Below are positions 1 through 8,725 of a stretch of DNA of 38,326 nt, piece after piece. The stretch is taken from IMG/VR virus record IMGVR_UViG_3300006120_000006, positions 1-38,326 of that record. One strand, 5' to 3'. A program made the position numbers and the translations under genes. How positions within the stretch are numbered: position 1 is the first letter of the stretch; the number at the start of each line of letters is the position of its first letter. The notes below the pieces were generated by a model. It saw only the letters and a list, made by a program, of their open reading frames with translations, was not told the DNA's origin and did no database searches. Source of the DNA: a virus (Duplodnaviria; Caudoviricetes).

Positions 1-120
1 TCGAGTAGCCTATGATAGATTCGCAGAGAATGAGAGTCAGTTCGTTGGGGGTAGTGAAAGGAAATCAGTTATACCCGAAGCACCTTATCGATATCACAAC
101 AATACGACAGATGGGATACA
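1..120. repeat. Terminal direct repeat (copy 1), circular-assembly overlap
   Basis: 1-120 is identical to 38207-38326, and the terminase ORF reads through the junction. Confidence 0.97.
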
Positions 121-172
121 ATTAATAATGCCAGAAGTTTCTCCAAAGGAATCGGACTGGCGCTATACATAA
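2..172 (+). CDS. terL: C-terminal end of the terminase large subunit (continuation across the junction)
   Basis: Frame continues RVAYDRFAENESQF...SDWRYT* to TAA 170-172. Confidence 0.88.
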   Translation, partial: RVAYDRFAENESQFVGGSERKSVIPEAPYRYHNNTTDGIQLIMPEVSPKESDWRYT

Positions 173-175
173 TTT

Positions 176-382
176 ATGACAGCGATTATCACACTTTCAA
201 ATCAAGATGCAGAAGCATTTAAGCTCTTTATGCAGTATTACGATAAAATAACCTTTTTAATAAGCTCTGGTGCATTGGACATCAAGCGTGGTTCTTCAAC
301 GATTAACTTCTCCAAAGAGGGGGATATACTATCTGTGGACAGGCACTTATACACATATTCACCTAAGTCAAATAAGTTTTAG
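176..382 (+). CDS. Small hypothetical protein, candidate RNA-binding late regulator
   Basis: 68-aa ORF directly after terL and upstream of the structured leader; function is inference. Confidence 0.6.
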   Translation: MTAIITLSNQDAEAFKLFMQYYDKITFLISSGALDIKRGSSTINFSKEGDILSVDRHLYTYSPKSNKF

Positions 383-384
383 TG

Positions 385-393
385 TGGTATAAT
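385..393 (+). promoter_or_regulatory. Extended -10 promoter TGGTATAAT
   Basis: Same 9-mer recurs intergenically at 20366, 22039 and 22329; TGATATAAT at 22644. Confidence 0.6.
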
Positions 394-504
394 TTAGGTA
401 GATGTTCTTTACAAAATTCATGGGAATATGATCAAAGCTAATAATCGCAATCATTCCCCTCTCTGGGAATTTTTGCGTTATAGTTATACACACCCTTGAC
501 TTGT

Positions 505-533
505 TTGACACTCTAGGATAGTAGGAATATAAT
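505..533 (+). promoter_or_regulatory. Consensus sigma70 promoter of the structural operon
   Basis: TTGACA(505-510)-N17-TATAAT(528-533), perfect consensus; DnaA-type box TTATACACA at 484-492. Confidence 0.85.
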
Positions 534-544
534 TACATCGTAAA

Positions 545-595
545 CGCTTAACCAACGCAATGGGAGCGCATCAGATTTTTTCTGGGCGCTCTTTT
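545..595 (+). terminator. Leader terminator with an overlapping alternative hairpin (attenuator candidate)
   Basis: GAGCGC(564-569)/GCGCTC(586-591)+TTTT competes with CGCTT(545-549)/GAGCG(564-568). Confidence 0.6.
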
Positions 596-621
596 AGTAT
601 TTAAATAAACAAAATATAAAA

Positions 622-2466
622 ATGGCAGGCATACTCACAAGTGGATTTTACTCACTATTCGCAAACTATAATAAAGCGAAGGGTAAAAATGCTGACGGAG
701 AAAAACAGGAAGGATTAGTTGAGAGTCTCGGTGAATTAACTTTGGACATGGATGATAGGGATTTGATTGAACTTGAAAAATCATGGAGATTACTTTATGA
801 CGGATCAACTACCAAGAAACAAATACATGAAGCTGGAGACATCAATCAGCGTTATTGGATTGGCAAGCAATTTCCTGATAGTGAATACGAGAATGGCAAA
901 CGACCTCTCACAGATAACATAATCTTTGAAGCGGTTGAGACAATGATTCCACAAGCCACTCAACAGAACCCTGAACCTATTGTTGGCTGTGACAATTCTC
1001 CTGAAATGAAAGAGGTTGCTGACAAGATTCACATGGCTCTTGAATATCTTGCACAGTACAATCATCTAAAAACTAAGTTGAAGAAAGGTGTTCGTCATTG
1101 GAGTCTACGCTTCTTAGGTGTATGGCAGATTGGTTACAACGGCGAGGATAATGAAATCATTGTTAAAGCTATCAATCCTAAAGACCTAGAGCTTGACCCT
1201 AACGGTTACATTGAAGACGGAGAATATGTTGGTGAGTTCTTGAATCTTAAACTCTACGATACTGCTCGTAATCTTATTACTCGTTTCCCTGAACATAAAG
1301 ATAAGATTGAAAAGGAAGCACAAGGCAAGCTCGGCTCACTCATGGGCTATAAGCAATGCTGGACTGACGAGTATGTATTCTACAAGCTAGGCGATATCAT
1401 TTTACATAAGTCAAAGAACCCTAACTTTAATTATCCAAAGCAACAGCGGACGGTAGACGCTATGGGTCAGCCTACGATGCAGGAAGTACCGGGACATAAC
1501 CACTTCCCACGCCCTAAGATTCCATTTGTATTCCTTACAGTTTTTGATTTAGGAACTCAGCCATGCGATGAGACAGGTCTCGTATCTCAGGGACTTGTCA
1601 CTCAGGACAACATCAACAAAGGACTGAAACAGTACGATAGGAATGTCGATAACATCAATGGCGGTGTCGTTGTAAATGGATTGATGTTCAACAAAGAACA
1701 GGCGGCACAGGTTGCAGAGGCTCGTCGTCAAGGTCGTACAATCGTTACTCCCGGCGAACCTTCTAAGGCTCTTATGTTCCCAGAGAACCATGATATACCA
1801 GAAGTCGTCTATGAACGCATACAAGACGATAGGACACGCTTTATGGCACGTTTTGGTGTCAGTGGCTCAACAGCAGAATCTACTTCGCAAGAGGAGACTG
1901 TACGAGGAAAGATTATTGTCGGTCAGCAAGATACTTCTCGCACAGGTGGTGGTGTTACCGAAATGCTTGAATTGGCGGCTGGCAGAATCTTTAATCACTT
2001 CTTACAAATGATTTATGTGTACTGGGATACTCCTCACATGATTTCTGTTATTGGGCCAGAAAACACTCAGCAAATGGCAATGTTACAAGCTAGTGAAATA
2101 CCACAAGGAAGAAAGTTTACCGTGAATGTTCAGAACGGCTCGCTCGTTCCACAGGATGAGTTGAGTATTTATAACGAAGCAATGGGAGAGTTTGAAGCTG
2201 GCATACTTGATCCGCTCAGTTACTTTGAAAAGACAAAAGACCCTAATCCAGTAGAGCGTGCAACTAAGCTGATGATTTACAAGACAAATCCTCAACTTTA
2301 CATGCAACAATTCTTACAGGTACAACCTCAACCTGTAGCACCAACTCCTAATGCTCCTGTTTCGACAAGTGGCGCTCCACCGAATAGCGTTACTCCGTCA
2401 GCACCGAACCCTAGTCCAGTTCAGGCGCAAGAGAAACAGATTATTAGCCAAGTTCCTATTAAATAA
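622..2466 (+). CDS. Portal protein (P22-like)
   Basis: 614 aa, first gene after terL; DNIIFEAVET, ETVRG..QQD..R motifs; Pro/Gln-rich tail. Confidence 0.85.
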   Translation: MAGILTSGFYSLFANYNKAKGKNADGEKQEGLVESLGELTLDMDDRDLIELEKSWRLLYDGSTTKKQIHEAGDINQRYWIGKQFPDSEYENGKRPLTDNIIFEAVETMIPQATQQNPEPIVGCDNSPEMKEVADKIHMALEYLAQYNHLKTKLKKGVRHWSLRFLGVWQIGYNGEDNEIIVKAINPKDLELDPNGYIEDGEYVGEFLNLKLYDTARNLITRFPEHKDKIEKEAQGKLGSLMGYKQCWTDEYVFYKLGDIILHKSKNPNFNYPKQQRTVDAMGQPTMQEVPGHNHFPRPKIPFVFLTVFDLGTQPCDETGLVSQGLVTQDNINKGLKQYDRNVDNINGGVVVNGLMFNKEQAAQVAEARRQGRTIVTPGEPSKALMFPENHDIPEVVYERIQDDRTRFMARFGVSGSTAESTSQEETVRGKIIVGQQDTSRTGGGVTEMLELAAGRIFNHFLQMIYVYWDTPHMISVIGPENTQQMAMLQASEIPQGRKFTVNVQNGSLVPQDELSIYNEAMGEFEAGILDPLSYFEKTKDPNPVERATKLMIYKTNPQLYMQQFLQVQPQPVAPTPNAPVSTSGAPPNSVTPSAPNPSPVQAQEKQIISQVPIK

Positions 2467-2467
2467 C

Positions 2468-2635
2468 ATGCCACTCACTAAAAAAGGTTCGGACATAATG
2501 AGTAACATGAAAAAGGAGTACGGAGAAGACAAAGGCGAGCAGGTCTTCTACGCATTGAAAAACGCAGGGAAGATAAAAAGAGTTGAAGGTCGGTCAGCTC
2601 ATCAGTTGAAAGCAATTAAAGATAAAATCAAATGA
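2468..2635 (+). CDS. Small basic phage protein (MPLTKKG...VFYA), 55 aa
   Basis: ATG 2468 right after the portal stop; ATGA-coupled to the next gene. Confidence 0.7.
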   Translation: MPLTKKGSDIMSNMKKEYGEDKGEQVFYALKNAGKIKRVEGRSAHQLKAIKDKIK

Positions 2636-2850
2636 ATAATAAATACCAAGAACAAGCAATAAAGTTATCGGGTAGCCAGAAAGCAGGTGAAAAGTCTTGT
2701 GGTACATGCGGTGCAAAGTGTATGGCTTGTGCTTCAAAGGATGAGAGTAACAATCCTGACGAGCGTTTCAACGAAGTAGAAACACGAAGTACAAGTGAGC
2801 TTATGGAGAAAGGTGCAATGAAGAAGGGTAATCGTTTTGAAGAGCGCTAA
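2632..2850 (+). CDS. Hypothetical protein (Cys cluster CGTCGAKCMAC)
   Basis: ORF track; ATGA overlap. Confidence 0.6.
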   Translation: MNNKYQEQAIKLSGSQKAGEKSCGTCGAKCMACASKDESNNPDERFNEVETRSTSELMEKGAMKKGNRFEER

Positions 2851-2913
2851 TTATAATTAACTAAAGGTCTTCTCCTGAGTTCAAGACCTTATAAAGATGA
2901 GCCTGCTAACAAT

Positions 2914-3738
2914 ATGCCAACAAACATTTTTGACGAAGTCCCAAGCGAAGGTAATCAGCTCGATATAGATAAGTCATTCGAGCGCCTTGAAACGAAGGAC
3001 AAGGGAGACAAAACTCCTTCAGAATCGTCACCTGAAAAAAAAGAAGCGGTTAAAGAGCCATCGCAGAAGGGCGAACAGAAAGTAGATGATAAATCTAACC
3101 CTGATAATACTTCTGCTGAACAATTACCGTTCCACAAGCATCCTCGTTGGATCAAAACGCAAGAGACTCTTAAGGAATATGAAAAGAGAGTTGCGGAATA
3201 TGATAAAAGGATTGCTGAGCTAGAAAAAGGCAATAAGAGCGAAACAGTATTGCCTGAATGGTGGAAGACTCGTTATGGAGACACACCAGAAGCAAAGAAG
3301 TCGTACGAAAATTATGTCGCCGCTACGCAAGCTGAACGTGAACGTATCAAGGAGGAGATTGCTAAAGACCTTGAAAATAAGACCCAGACCGAAGCTAAAA
3401 ATCAACAGGAAGCACAGGAGTATGTAGATACTCAACTTGCTGAGATGAAAGACGAAGGTTTGACTTTTGAAAGGAACGAACTCTTGAAGTTCATGGTGGA
3501 TTTCCAAAATGAGTATGGCGCAGGAAGTTTGCTCGATGCAGAAGGTAACTACGATTTCAGAAAGTCTTTGACACTTATGCAAAAGTTACAGCCAAAGCAA
3601 CCAGATACTACGAAAGAGACTCAAAAGAAGATAGGTGCGGATATCATGCGTTCAAAGGTTAAAGCACCATCGAACAATAATATCCCTACTCTCTCCCGAA
3701 AAGCTCTCCGAGGTAACTGGCGTGATGCAGGTATCTAA
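2914..3738 (+). CDS. Capsid scaffolding protein
   Basis: Acidic N-terminus, PFHKHPRW motif, coiled coil; immediately upstream of the capsid gene. Confidence 0.75.
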   Translation: MPTNIFDEVPSEGNQLDIDKSFERLETKDKGDKTPSESSPEKKEAVKEPSQKGEQKVDDKSNPDNTSAEQLPFHKHPRWIKTQETLKEYEKRVAEYDKRIAELEKGNKSETVLPEWWKTRYGDTPEAKKSYENYVAATQAERERIKEEIAKDLENKTQTEAKNQQEAQEYVDTQLAEMKDEGLTFERNELLKFMVDFQNEYGAGSLLDAEGNYDFRKSLTLMQKLQPKQPDTTKETQKKIGADIMRSKVKAPSNNNIPTLSRKALRGNWRDAGI

Positions 3739-3769
3739 TTATTAAAATTATCAATAACATTACAAGAAT

Positions 3770-4810
3770 ATGTCAAGATTAAACACACTCACAAACACGT
3801 ATCTCCTCCCAAAGGTGGTTGATTCAGTGCTTCGTGAAAATCCATTGACTGAAAAAATCCTTACGTCTCCTGAGAAATGGAGAGGTGAGCAGATTAAGAA
3901 ATCAGTCAAGGTTGTAAAGAATACCAACGGAACATCATTCGCTGGATTCCAAACACTTCCTTCACAGGCAGTCAATACACGTCAGTATTTGCTCTTCCCT
4001 GCGAAGTTTTATCAGATTGACGTTACCATTCCTCTAACGGATATGGCAGTCAACATGACCGATGACGAACGTGTCCTCGACCTCGCTGAAGCCGAAATGA
4101 CTTCATCAGCAGAAGACATGGCCGACTCTATCGGTAACATCTTCTATCTCGATGGTCAGGGAAATGGTGGTCTCGATTTCAACGGTCTTGCAAACATCGT
4201 AGATGACGGAACGAACTACGCTACTTATGGTGGCTTGTCTCGTACAACCTTCCCTACATTGGATGCAACACGCACGAACTGGTCTCCAAACATCAGTTTG
4301 CAGAAGATGGCTACGCTCTACAACGCTATCACTGACGGTACAATCATGCCTTCTATGGGCCTTGCAGATCGTAACACTTACTCATACTACGAGCAGTTGA
4401 TTGAACCTAAGAATCGTCTATACACGACAGTTCCAGAAATCCGCAAGGATAACAAGCAAGGTCTTGCTGGTACTGCTGGCTTCACTACTTTGACTTATAA
4501 AGGTCTTGGTATTGTCCCAGATCGTAAAGTTCCTATCGCTACTGGTGGTGGTCAGCTCTTCTTAATCCGTGAGGAAGATATAGAATTCCGTTCTATCGAG
4601 AAGTTCCCAGAGTCAGAGCCTGTCAAGTTCGTCGAAAAGGACTTTGAAGACAACGATTATGAGAACGTCAAGGGTCTCGGATTCCACTGGACTGGTTGGG
4701 TCAAGCCTGTTAATCAGCTTGCCTATGTCGGTCGTGTTATCCTCGCAGGTGAGTTCTGGTCTAAGAACCCACGCCGTCATGGTGTTGGTTATAACATCAC
4801 AGGTATTTAA
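3770..4810 (+). CDS. Major capsid protein (HK97 fold)
   Basis: 346 aa; position; FNGLANIVD, YGGLSR, GFTTLTYKGLGIVPD, NPRRHG motifs. Confidence 0.88.
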   Translation: MSRLNTLTNTYLLPKVVDSVLRENPLTEKILTSPEKWRGEQIKKSVKVVKNTNGTSFAGFQTLPSQAVNTRQYLLFPAKFYQIDVTIPLTDMAVNMTDDERVLDLAEAEMTSSAEDMADSIGNIFYLDGQGNGGLDFNGLANIVDDGTNYATYGGLSRTTFPTLDATRTNWSPNISLQKMATLYNAITDGTIMPSMGLADRNTYSYYEQLIEPKNRLYTTVPEIRKDNKQGLAGTAGFTTLTYKGLGIVPDRKVPIATGGGQLFLIREEDIEFRSIEKFPESEPVKFVEKDFEDNDYENVKGLGFHWTGWVKPVNQLAYVGRVILAGEFWSKNPRRHGVGYNITGI

Positions 4811-4861
4811 TAGATTCGCTCTTGACCCTATAAGAACGGGGAGAGTTAAATTACAAAAATC

Positions 4862-5116
4862 ATGTCATACTCACTAGCAAACGATATTCCAGGAATGAGA
4901 TACAAGAAAATAGCTACTACCACATGGGGTGCAGGTGGAGCTACTACTACTATCACAGACGGAAATATCAGTCCTAATAGTCAAATAGAAATATGGGTTA
5001 CAGGGTCTACACCACAAGCAGGAAACTGGTCTTACACTTACAATGAAGGAAATGTCGTAATTACTTCATCTTCTTCTGAGAGTTCAACATTACCATTAAG
5101 CTATTACATCAACTAA
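4862..5116 (+). CDS. Small beta-rich virion protein
   Basis: ORF track; Thr/Ser-rich, in the structural operon. Confidence 0.6.
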   Translation: MSYSLANDIPGMRYKKIATTTWGAGGATTTITDGNISPNSQIEIWVTGSTPQAGNWSYTYNEGNVVITSSSSESSTLPLSYYIN

Positions 5117-5117
5117 T

Positions 5118-5591
5118 ATGAAAAACTATATCCTCACAGGTGTCGTTGCTCTTATAGTCGGTGTAGTTCTTGGTTATACAACTCATGGACAGCCAGTATC
5201 GGTTGGATCAGCTAGTCCTTCAGGAACTCAACAGTCTTCACCACAAATTGCGCAAGTAACATTCTCTGCTGTTTCAACAACAACATATGCTACTTTCTAC
5301 AATAATGGTCAAGATAGAGTAGTCAAAGATATTTATTACTTTGTTCCAACACTTGGAGCTTCGGTAACAATTCAAATGGCTACTAGTGCAGATCCAGTAA
5401 CATTAAACTCAAACACAAACTATTTAATCAACGGAACAATGGTTAGTACAACTCCTTACTATACAGGAACAAGTACATCCATTTCTAACGGACTTTATAG
5501 ATTGTGGCCAGCAGGTAGTTATCTAAACGCTGTTTCATCAGCTACAACTACAGGTGGTGGAGTTATTGGTCTTAGTTATATTGTCGAATAG
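5118..5591 (+). CDS. Structural-operon protein with N-terminal signal/TM helix
   Basis: MKNYILTGVVALIVGVVLGY hydrophobic N-terminus followed by a beta-rich domain. Confidence 0.7.
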   Translation: MKNYILTGVVALIVGVVLGYTTHGQPVSVGSASPSGTQQSSPQIAQVTFSAVSTTTYATFYNNGQDRVVKDIYYFVPTLGASVTIQMATSADPVTLNSNTNYLINGTMVSTTPYYTGTSTSISNGLYRLWPAGSYLNAVSSATTTGGGVIGLSYIVE

Positions 5592-5617
5592 TATTATCAA
5601 CTTAATCATTAAAAATC

Positions 5618-6355
5618 ATGCTTTCAGGATTCATTCAGCTCTCACCATTCGATGTCTTGCAGACCTATGTGCCTGCTAATATCGAAGATACACCTTCTAC
5701 AATAGGAGGCTTGGGTATCACTTCAGACGGTCGAAGATTCCGTCTTGGATTCAATAACACGGTTTCAACTACTCTTGCTACAAACAAGAATACACAAGGC
5801 CCTGTTCAGTCATCTTCATATTCACTTGGTACAGTTTCTGCTCAGAACATAGGTGATACTTCAATCACTTATACCTTCAATGGTGGTGCAGCAACAGTCG
5901 CAGCTAACTACTTCTCACAAGGTTTTATCTCGATTGTCACTGGTACTGGCTCGGTTCAGCAGCTTCAGATCAAGGGAAATGCAGCCGTTACTTCTTCAAC
6001 AACTATCGTTTTGCAATTGCAAGACCCAATAGTTATTGCTACAGCAAGTTCAGCTACAGCTAACCTATGGGCAAACCCATACTCAGCAGTCATAATCGCT
6101 CCTACAACAATTACAGGAACAATAACTGGTGTAAACCAAGTTGCTATTCCTGCTCAAACATGGGGTTGGTTCTTGACAGGTGGTATTGGTACATGTCTCG
6201 GTCAGGGTACAACAACACAAGGACTTGATATGGCTCCATCAGGAACCACAGCAGGTGCTTTGCAGGTTGCAGCCGCAACTACACAACGTATTGCTTCAGC
6301 AGATCAGGCTGGTTCAGACGGTTTGTACACATTCGTCAACATGAGAATCGACTAG
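5618..6355 (+). CDS. Capsid decoration/cement-like protein
   Basis: TSDGRRFR and WGWFLTGG motifs typical of genes downstream of the capsid gene; 245 aa. Confidence 0.6.
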   Translation: MLSGFIQLSPFDVLQTYVPANIEDTPSTIGGLGITSDGRRFRLGFNNTVSTTLATNKNTQGPVQSSSYSLGTVSAQNIGDTSITYTFNGGAATVAANYFSQGFISIVTGTGSVQQLQIKGNAAVTSSTTIVLQLQDPIVIATASSATANLWANPYSAVIIAPTTITGTITGVNQVAIPAQTWGWFLTGGIGTCLGQGTTTQGLDMAPSGTTAGALQVAAATTQRIASADQAGSDGLYTFVNMRID

Positions 6356-6363
6356 TTACTAGT

Positions 6364-6425
6364 TTTCTTCTCTAACTTTATCCCTTATAATATCGGTAGG
6401 TAAGGGGTAGAGATTAGAGAGGAAA
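6364..6425 (+). other. Long (~24-bp) imperfect intergenic RNA hairpin
   Basis: TTTCTTCTCTAACTTTATCCCTTA pairs with TAAGGGGTAGAG(A)TTAGAGAGGAAA using several G-U pairs, so it is + strand specific. Confidence 0.65.
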
Positions 6426-6487
6426 TAATTAAAAATTAAACGTCTTTTGCTGAGAGTTAGACATTAAACAAACCCCTGCTAACAAAT

Positions 6488-7027
6488 ATGTCAAACATTC
6501 AATTCGTTCGAGAAGTTCCTTTCAAAAATTGGACAAGTACAGATTTTACTCATAACTACGCTGGTACACCTTACACATTCGTAGCTGGTGCAACCTATAG
6601 TATTCCTTCAGATATTGCAGTTCATTTCGCTAAGCACCTTGCAACTCGTGAGCTTCACCAAATGGCGGAAGCCGCAAAGAAGCAAGCAAAGGCAGATAAA
6701 CTAAGTTCTGATGAAGTAGTACAGGCAGCCGCTAAGTATGAAGCATTACCAGACAATCTTATGAATGAGTTTCAAGCAAAGTGTTTTCCTGAGAAGTCAA
6801 AACAGCCAGGTGTCGCTGGTTCATTCGAGAGAATAGATATCAAAGACACAGACGCTGTAGAAGCTAAACCTGCTCCTGAGAATAAGACAGAAGCTGTCGC
6901 TCAAAAGGAAACATCAGAAGATGATGACGCAGATGCTTCAGACGACAAAAACAATGCCGGCGCTCCACTCATAAAAGGCTTAGGTAAAGGGGGTAGAAAA
7001 TCTAAAGATTCACAGTATGTAAAATAA
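6488..7027 (+). CDS. Hypothetical virion-assembly protein
   Basis: ORF track; FKNWT..F and HFAKHLA motifs, acidic/basic tail. Confidence 0.7.
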   Translation: MSNIQFVREVPFKNWTSTDFTHNYAGTPYTFVAGATYSIPSDIAVHFAKHLATRELHQMAEAAKKQAKADKLSSDEVVQAAAKYEALPDNLMNEFQAKCFPEKSKQPGVAGSFERIDIKDTDAVEAKPAPENKTEAVAQKETSEDDDADASDDKNNAGAPLIKGLGKGGRKSKDSQYVK

Positions 7028-7711
7028 ATGTCCACAAAAATATTCAAAAGACCTATCGTAGACCGCACACAACTCGATAAAGAGCTTGAAAAAGCGATAT
7101 TCGAGAAGACTGCTGACTTGGAAAGGTTAGAGAATATCTTTAAGGACAAAATGGTACAACTGGAATCTGAGTACAATGCTTCAAAAGAGCAAAAGTCTAA
7201 AGATATAGCCGATCTGGAGAATGTCCTTATCTTTAAAAGACAGGAGCGTACTCAACTTGAAAGTCCTTTAATCCAAAGAGAGAAGGATATACAAAAAAGA
7301 GAGGAAGGTGTCTCTAAGCGAGAACAGGAAATATCTGCTAAAGAGCAATCTGCATTTGAGCGAGAGCTTAAAGCTGACAGATTGATATCTGATACAGAAG
7401 ATTTCCAAGATGTACTCGGAGACACTAAACTTGACCTTGATAAGCGTGAGCAACAAGTCCTTTACAAAGAAAAAGTCCTTAAAGAGCGAGAGAATGAATA
7501 TTTATTCAAAATAGATTCACTTCATTCGGAATATGCTAAAAGGGACATAGAAATAGCCTCAAAACTGGATTATCTCCGTGAGAGAGGTTACGAACTTGAT
7601 GATAAGGAAGCTCAACTCAAAGTCAAAGAAAAGGAATTGAACGATAAGGATAGACAGATTGCAGACAAATACGCAACATTAGAAATCACACTTAATCACT
7701 TAAAAAAATGA
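7028..7711 (+). CDS. Coiled-coil protein
   Basis: Heptad-rich, E/K-rich, 227 aa. Confidence 0.7.
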   Translation: MSTKIFKRPIVDRTQLDKELEKAIFEKTADLERLENIFKDKMVQLESEYNASKEQKSKDIADLENVLIFKRQERTQLESPLIQREKDIQKREEGVSKREQEISAKEQSAFERELKADRLISDTEDFQDVLGDTKLDLDKREQQVLYKEKVLKERENEYLFKIDSLHSEYAKRDIEIASKLDYLRERGYELDDKEAQLKVKEKELNDKDRQIADKYATLEITLNHLKK

Positions 7712-8004
7712 TACAAAGACAATCAATCAATACGAGAACAAATGGTGCTTCAAATAGCACTACAGCTCTCGCAGCGTTTGTTGATCGTAGATTCTTCTCG
7801 ATTCAGAATCTTGACACAGGCGCACTATATGTGAAGTTCGGGTCAGGCGCTACAACATCGAGCTACGACATCATTTTAAAAGGTGGTGCTGGTGCTGCTG
7901 ATGGTTCAGGTGGTGCAATCGTAGAAGCAGGAGAATGTGTTTATGGAGGTATTATAACGGTGGCTTCGTCGGGTACACCTAGTTATGTAGCATATGATAT
8001 GTAA
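7708..8004 (+). CDS. Small beta-sandwich structural protein
   Basis: RRFFSIQN..LYVKFG motif; ATGA-coupled. Confidence 0.65.
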   Translation: MIQRQSINTRTNGASNSTTALAAFVDRRFFSIQNLDTGALYVKFGSGATTSSYDIILKGGAGAADGSGGAIVEAGECVYGGIITVASSGTPSYVAYDM

Positions 8005-8009
8005 AAAAT

Positions 8010-8441
8010 ATGAAAACCGAAGAAGACGTACTAAAATATAATATTGCTCAACTCAAAGCAGAGGAACGAAACCTTACTATCGTTCTTCGTGGAATACAAT
8101 CAGAGATTCTTAATTTAACTGCTGATAAGAAAAAGGTCATTGACAGCACAGAAGCTCTGATAGCTGATAAACAGGCAGCCAGCGAGGAATATAACTCACT
8201 CGTAAAAAGAAATGAAGACATTAAAACACAAGTCGCAGAAGCGAACAAAGAGCTTGATTCAGTCAAGGTGGAATCTAATCGTATTCGTTCAGAAATTTCT
8301 GCTGAGCGTTCTAAACTTGATGTTGAAAGAAGTCAGTTGGAAAACGAAAAAGAAACACACCAAGTAGCAGTAGCAAATCTAGTAGAAGATAAAAGAGATT
8401 TTCAAACAAAGGTCGATAGACTTACTAAAGCCCTTGAATAA
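8010..8441 (+). CDS. Coiled-coil protein
   Basis: Heptad pattern, 143 aa. Confidence 0.7.
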   Translation: MKTEEDVLKYNIAQLKAEERNLTIVLRGIQSEILNLTADKKKVIDSTEALIADKQAASEEYNSLVKRNEDIKTQVAEANKELDSVKVESNRIRSEISAERSKLDVERSQLENEKETHQVAVANLVEDKRDFQTKVDRLTKALE

Positions 8442-8443
8442 AC

Positions 8444-8716
8444 ATGAGTACCGCTGCCAAAGATGTAAATAGCGTATCAACACTCATCTGTCCTTTGAAT
8501 ACAGACGGTGTAACTATACAGAGAGTGTATGTAGTTCCAACTACTCACGCACTTTGCATTTCTAATGGCACTACTGGAACTGATTATGGCTTCACTCGTG
8601 CTATCAAAGACGATAATGGTGTATCTGTTCTTGTGGGAGTATCTTCGGCAGATTTCACTACTCCTGTAGATATATATGCGGATAACAATGGGAATATCCT
8701 TACGAAAAGTACATAA
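8444..8716 (+). CDS. Small protein with two KDxNxV repeats
   Basis: AKDVNSVSTL and AIKDDNGVSVL; the same module begins the next gene. Confidence 0.65.
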   Translation: MSTAAKDVNSVSTLICPLNTDGVTIQRVYVVPTTHALCISNGTTGTDYGFTRAIKDDNGVSVLVGVSSADFTTPVDIYADNNGNILTKST

Positions 8717-8725
8717 ACAATCAAC

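Noticed and set aside
1-120. 120-bp terminal repeat as biological direct terminal repeats
   Set aside because: It falls in the middle of terL and is best explained as assembler overlap of a circular contig.
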